Assembly (NCBI RefSeq): GCF_052180225.1 | Contig: NZ_CP197467.1 | Location: 4,030,793 to 4,054,792 of the forward strand | Reading direction: 5' to 3' | DNA: 24,000 nt | DNA from: Arthrobacter sp. KN11-1C | GTDB lineage: Bacteria; Actinomycetota; Actinomycetes; Actinomycetales; Micrococcaceae | In this document: positions 23,195-24,000 of the stretch, in pieces | How the letters are laid out: the number at the start of each line of letters is the position of its first letter | Position numbering within the stretch: the stretch's first letter is position 1 | Notes under the pieces: generated by a model | What the model was told of the DNA's origin: nothing | Database searches by the model: none | What the model saw: only the letters and a program-made list of their open reading frames with translations | Program-made: the position numbers and the translations under genes

Positions 23195-24000
23195 AGAGCC
23201 TTGAACCTTTCCCAGGCCTTGATCCATTCCGGGAATGAAACAAAGCCGTTGTTGTTGTCAAACGGCACGCCGGGCTGGAGCGGTGCCTTGCTGAGAATCG
23301 CGTCCAGGCTGGAGAACTGAAGCTCCTTTGGTACGCCGTACAGTGCGCTGTCGACAACTGGGAACGACCACGCCTTGCTCGCTAAGGCCGCCTGCGCACC
23401 CGTCTCCAGCGTGTTATTGATGAAGGACAGGGCCACCGGTATATCCGCCCCCCGCACCACGGTGCAGCAATCGAGGTAAGACCACGATCCAAGAAGGCTC
23501 GTTTCCATTTTTGCGCCTGCTTTACGTGCATCCAGGAACGAAGACGCGTAACACGGCAAATCAACCCAAATGTCGCCACGGGCTAGAAGCGCCGGCTCCT
23601 CGCCATACTGATGCAAGGTGAGGAGCTGCGACTTGAAACGATTGAGGGTGTCGACGACCTTTTGGAATTCGTTCGGCTTAAGCTTCTGCGGGTCCGCGTA
23701 TCCGAGGAGGCGTGCAAACGTGGTGATTACGGCGTATGGGTCATCCGGGAGTCCCACTTTTCTCGCAAGCTTCGGGGAGAATAGGTCATCCAGGCTCTTT
23801 GGTTCGGTCGTGAATCGGGCGTCCCACTGCATATAACCGTAGCTCCATTGCAGCGGGATACTGAGTACCGAACCATTCCGGCTTATCTCGGGCCAGTTCC
23901 GGAACGTTGGGTTGATATTTGCCCAGTTGGACAACAACGCCGGGTTCGTTGGAATGACTCGTTTGGCGGCCACTAGCTGGTCGTCGTATCCATTCGTCAT
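23191..24000 (-). CDS. PotD/PotF-family periplasmic (lipo)protein substrate-binding component, C-terminal 269 aa (N-terminus beyond the right edge)
   Basis: IPLQWSYGYMQWDARF...PKSLDDLFSPKLARKVGLPDD and the overall pattern fit polyamine/Fe3+/thiamine-type family-1 binding proteins. No signal peptide is seen, so the Met at 24000 is presumably internal. Confidence 0.75.
   Translation of the reverse strand: MTNGYDDQLVAAKRVIPTNPALLSNWANINPTFRNWPEISRNGSVLSIPLQWSYGYMQWDARFTTEPKSLDDLFSPKLARKVGLPDDPYAVITTFARLLGYADPQKLKPNEFQKVVDTLNRFKSQLLTLHQYGEEPALLARGDIWVDLPCYASSFLDARKAGAKMETSLLGSWSYLDCCTVVRGADIPVALSFINNTLETGAQAALASKAWSFPVVDSALYGVPKELQFSSLDAILSKAPLQPGVPFDNNNGFVSFPEWIKAWERFKAL

Overview
This is a high-GC window; I infer Actinomycetota, possibly Micrococcales, from composition and protein flavour only. 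All family calls come from reading the translations and from recalled family signatures, since no searches could be run. Start codons are chosen by RBS context and stop/start overlaps and are less certain than stops.

Layout:
(1) The left edge holds the 5' end of gdhA on the minus strand. It runs off the window and is absent from the ORF track.
(2) About 430-18425 is an accessory-looking catabolic locus of roughly 18 kb.
- Minus strand: a double-SIS FrlB/GlmS-like protein plus a coupled small hypothetical.
- Plus-strand operon: class-III aminotransferase, YhfS-like SelA-fold PLP enzyme, cupin-type phosphoglucose isomerase, D-2-hydroxyacid dehydrogenase and HAD phosphatase.
- Convergent minus-strand operon: YhfU-like (DUF2620), YhfY-like PRD-only protein, YhfW-like phosphomutase, YhfX-like fold-III PLP enzyme, HPr and Enzyme I.
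- A divergent GntR/HutC regulator followed by Php (YhfV).
- A convergent YhfT-like membrane protein, possibly preceded by a 45-aa membrane ORF.
- A minus-strand operon of shikimate-DH-like protein, KDPG/KHG aldolase and histidine phosphatase.
(3) pdxS, with very strong codon bias and a long structured leader.
(4) A frameshifted IS110-family transposase remnant directly after pdxS.
(5) A minus-strand PotABCD-type ABC importer: ATPase, fused double permease, and a binding protein that runs off the right edge.

Main hunt result: the full E. coli yhfS-T-U-php-W-X-Y gene set, whose function is unassigned as far as I know, appears here next to FrlB-like and FrlR-like genes. It carries its own EI/HPr/PRD phosphorelay, and I see no recognisable EII component or sugar kinase in the window. 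Shared AT-rich operator-like motifs sit in all five promoter regions. No rRNA, tRNA or CRISPR array was seen.
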